Source: an uncultured Verrucomicrobiae bacterium
GTDB taxonomy: Bacteria > Verrucomicrobiota > Verrucomicrobiia > Chthoniobacterales > UBA10450
Direction: 5' to 3'
Assembly: GCA_963772365.1 (NCBI GenBank)
Contig: CAVYXA010000001.1
Coordinates: 640,001 to 704,000 of the forward strand
DNA length: 64,000 nucleotides
A program made the translations under genes and the position numbers. Under the pieces are notes generated by a model. The model had not been told where the DNA came from and did no database searches. It saw only the letters and a list, made by a program, of their open reading frames with translations. Positions 61,916 to 64,000 of the stretch are shown here, piece by piece (position 1 is the first letter of the stretch; the number at the start of each line of letters is the position of its first letter).

Positions 61916-64000
61916 ATGCCGCAACCGCCCGCGATAAAAAGTACCTCAGGGGAAGGTTTCTCCGTCGAGGATTTGGCTGTCGCTTACATCGCTGCGCACA
62001 TGCTGGCGGGCGTACCCTGGGTTGGTTCAGGTCGGGGCAGCGTCGAAGAAATTCAATGCCAGGCGATGCAGGATGGATGGTTCTTTGACGATGTTGTCCT
62101 ACGCCTGCGCCACGCTGATAGGACATGGAATTGTGGCTGCTCGATCAAGAGTTTCACCGTCTTTGGAAAGCGCGGTGCGCCAAAGGAATTTACGGGATCA
62201 ATTTGGAAGGAATGGCGCAATACGTCATCCATTGGATTTCAACGTGAGAACGATTCACTGACCCTTTTTGCGGCGCAGCACAGTCCGGAAATACGGGAAA
62301 CGTGGATCGGCCTTTGCGATTCGGCTCGCGCTTTACCGGCGGAAACTCTGGCGGATCGGATTGTGCGCGAAGCCGAACCATCCAAAATGCGGCGCGACGC
62401 ATTCGCGAGTTTGCAGCATGAAGGTGATCGCAAACTCAAAGATGACGCGCCCGAGATCGCGAAAATATTGGCGAAGTTTCGACTGGCGGAGCACGACTTT
62501 CAGCACAGCGAATCGCAAAGTGTGAATCAGGCGATTCTGCTTTGCCAGCAGGTGTTAGCGGACGCGGCTCGCAATCAAGCGGCTTCACTTTGGGAAGCGC
62601 TCGTTACCTACTGCGCGAGCGTGAGGCGAAAAGGTGGGCATGTCACGTTGGCTTCCTTGCTGAAAGAGTTGGCGCACCGCTTTCCTCTAAAACAACATCC
62701 GCGCTACGCGGCGGATTGGAGCAAAATTCTAAGCGAAAGCCGCCAGCGATTGGCGGCGCTCCCGGCAAAAATCGGAGGGCAAGTTTCCGTTGAGCGCAAG
62801 GATGTGCTCGACGTCATCGCGGACAAAGCTGGCGAGCAATCAACTGTTGTTCTGCTCGGCGGATCGGGAAACGGCAAGAGTGTCTTGGCTCACGATTGGG
62901 CCGGAACCGAAGACACGGCTTGGTTCCGCGCAGCCGATCTCGGAACGCCGGGTGGCCTGCGTGCACTTTTCAGTCTGGAGCATTCTGTGCCGGATCTCTT
63001 GGCCAACGTGAGCCGACCGTCTCGCCTTGTCCTGGACGGCCTGGACAAATGTTTTGAAGAAGCAGCCTTCGATGAAGCGGCCTTGCTCTTGCGCGCCGCG
63101 TTCTCCGCGGAAAATCGAGATCGTTGGCAAACGGCGATCACGTGTTGTCCCGAAGATTGGGAACGGGTGCGCGGGCAACTGATTCGCCGCAGTGTCGTGC
63201 TGCCTAACGACTCGGTGCCCATCGGTCGCTTTAGCGAGGCGGAGTTGCGCAGCGTATGTGAACAGGTGCCTTCTTTGCGCGTGCTCGCGCACCGGTCGCA
63301 CCTTGATGCAATTCTGCGTTGGCCCAAAGCGCTGGACATTCTCGCGACCTTCTCGCAAACCTCGGAAGTTTCCTTTGGCTGGATAACGGAGTCTGATTTT
63401 GCGCGGTGGTTTTGGCGCAGCGCGATTTGCCATGATGAAGTTGGAAGCGTGCGTGATCGGTTGATGAGGAAGGTTGGAGTCGATTTAGCCGATCGGATGG
63501 CTGCAAGCGCGCCGCTCGATAATTTCTCACCCGACGAGACTGCAGTACTCTCGCAAATCGCGCACGACGGACATGTCGAAATCGACCCGATTCGGCGCAC
63601 GGTTCGCTTCACTCACGAATTGATCGGTGATTGGGCGCGCCAGCGAGAACTGCAGGTTCAGGGTCAAGCGGACGGAGAATTTCTTCGAGCGCGGATGCAT
63701 TCACCGTTGTGGCATCGTGCGACTCGTTTTCACGGGCTCGATCTCTTGGAAAGTAACACCGACGCGGAACCCTGGCTGCGGCTTTTCCTCGTCTTCGAAA
63801 GCAATTCGCCCAGCGATGAAATGGCGCGAAATCTTCTTCTGGAAGCGCCAATTTTCGCGCTCAATCAACGAGCGGTCTTGGAGCGACTCTGGCCGCCCCT
63901 AGAGGCAGACAACGGGAAATTACTCAGCCGTTTTTTGCGCCAGTTTTTGCGTATCGCCACCATTCCGGACGAAGAAATGGTGGCGCGTTTCCATTCGCGT
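61916..64000 (+). CDS. Large putative nuclease-STAND NTPase protein (Avs/NLR-like), 3' end outside window
   Basis: Open frame from ATG 61916 to the window end (695 codons). N-terminal STSGEGFSVED..FFDDVVL..CSIKS; Walker A GGSGNGKS (62858-62881); Walker B LVLDGLD; ILRWPKALDIL. Confidence 0.8.
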   Translation, partial: MPQPPAIKSTSGEGFSVEDLAVAYIAAHMLAGVPWVGSGRGSVEEIQCQAMQDGWFFDDVVLRLRHADRTWNCGCSIKSFTVFGKRGAPKEFTGSIWKEWRNTSSIGFQRENDSLTLFAAQHSPEIRETWIGLCDSARALPAETLADRIVREAEPSKMRRDAFASLQHEGDRKLKDDAPEIAKILAKFRLAEHDFQHSESQSVNQAILLCQQVLADAARNQAASLWEALVTYCASVRRKGGHVTLASLLKELAHRFPLKQHPRYAADWSKILSESRQRLAALPAKIGGQVSVERKDVLDVIADKAGEQSTVVLLGGSGNGKSVLAHDWAGTEDTAWFRAADLGTPGGLRALFSLEHSVPDLLANVSRPSRLVLDGLDKCFEEAAFDEAALLLRAAFSAENRDRWQTAITCCPEDWERVRGQLIRRSVVLPNDSVPIGRFSEAELRSVCEQVPSLRVLAHRSHLDAILRWPKALDILATFSQTSEVSFGWITESDFARWFWRSAICHDEVGSVRDRLMRKVGVDLADRMAASAPLDNFSPDETAVLSQIAHDGHVEIDPIRRTVRFTHELIGDWARQRELQVQGQADGEFLRARMHSPLWHRATRFHGLDLLESNTDAEPWLRLFLVFESNSPSDEMARNLLLEAPIFALNQRAVLERLWPPLEADNGKLLSRFLRQFLRIATIPDEEMVARFHSR

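Noticed and set aside
62840..63851. Several minus-strand ORFs
   Set aside because: Shadows of the plus-strand STAND-like ORF.

Overview
Bacterial chromosomal window. Gene content and protein styles suggest a soil Verrucomicrobiota (Chthoniobacterales-like) genome; this is an inference, not a database result. About 1-35 kb is mostly housekeeping: mreB, rpe, gspD/gspE, mpl, a Xre-RES toxin-antitoxin pair, a CHASE2 cyclase, aroF, purB, an ABC transporter, two PDZ proteases, accBC, thiE and pfkB. About 35-64 kb is an accessory mosaic: a SLATT protein, single-domain receivers, Smr, DUF2726, NYN, rpoZ, stress genes, a DUF4160-type module, a RAYT transposase remnant and a 5'-truncated thiolase. It ends in a large ORF missing from the supplied track (61916 to beyond 64000) with a putative N-terminal nuclease domain and a STAND-like NTPase, a candidate NLR-like (Avs-type) antiphage protein. 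Non-coding highlights are a ~150-nt rod-shaped 6S-like RNA candidate near rpoZ, heptamer repeat tracts bracketing a two-gene cassette, short repeats inserted in frame inside CDSs, and an ~80-bp inverted repeat pair. Six genes carry small indels, mostly in short homopolymers, which are probably assembly errors. No rRNA, tRNA or CRISPR array was recognised.
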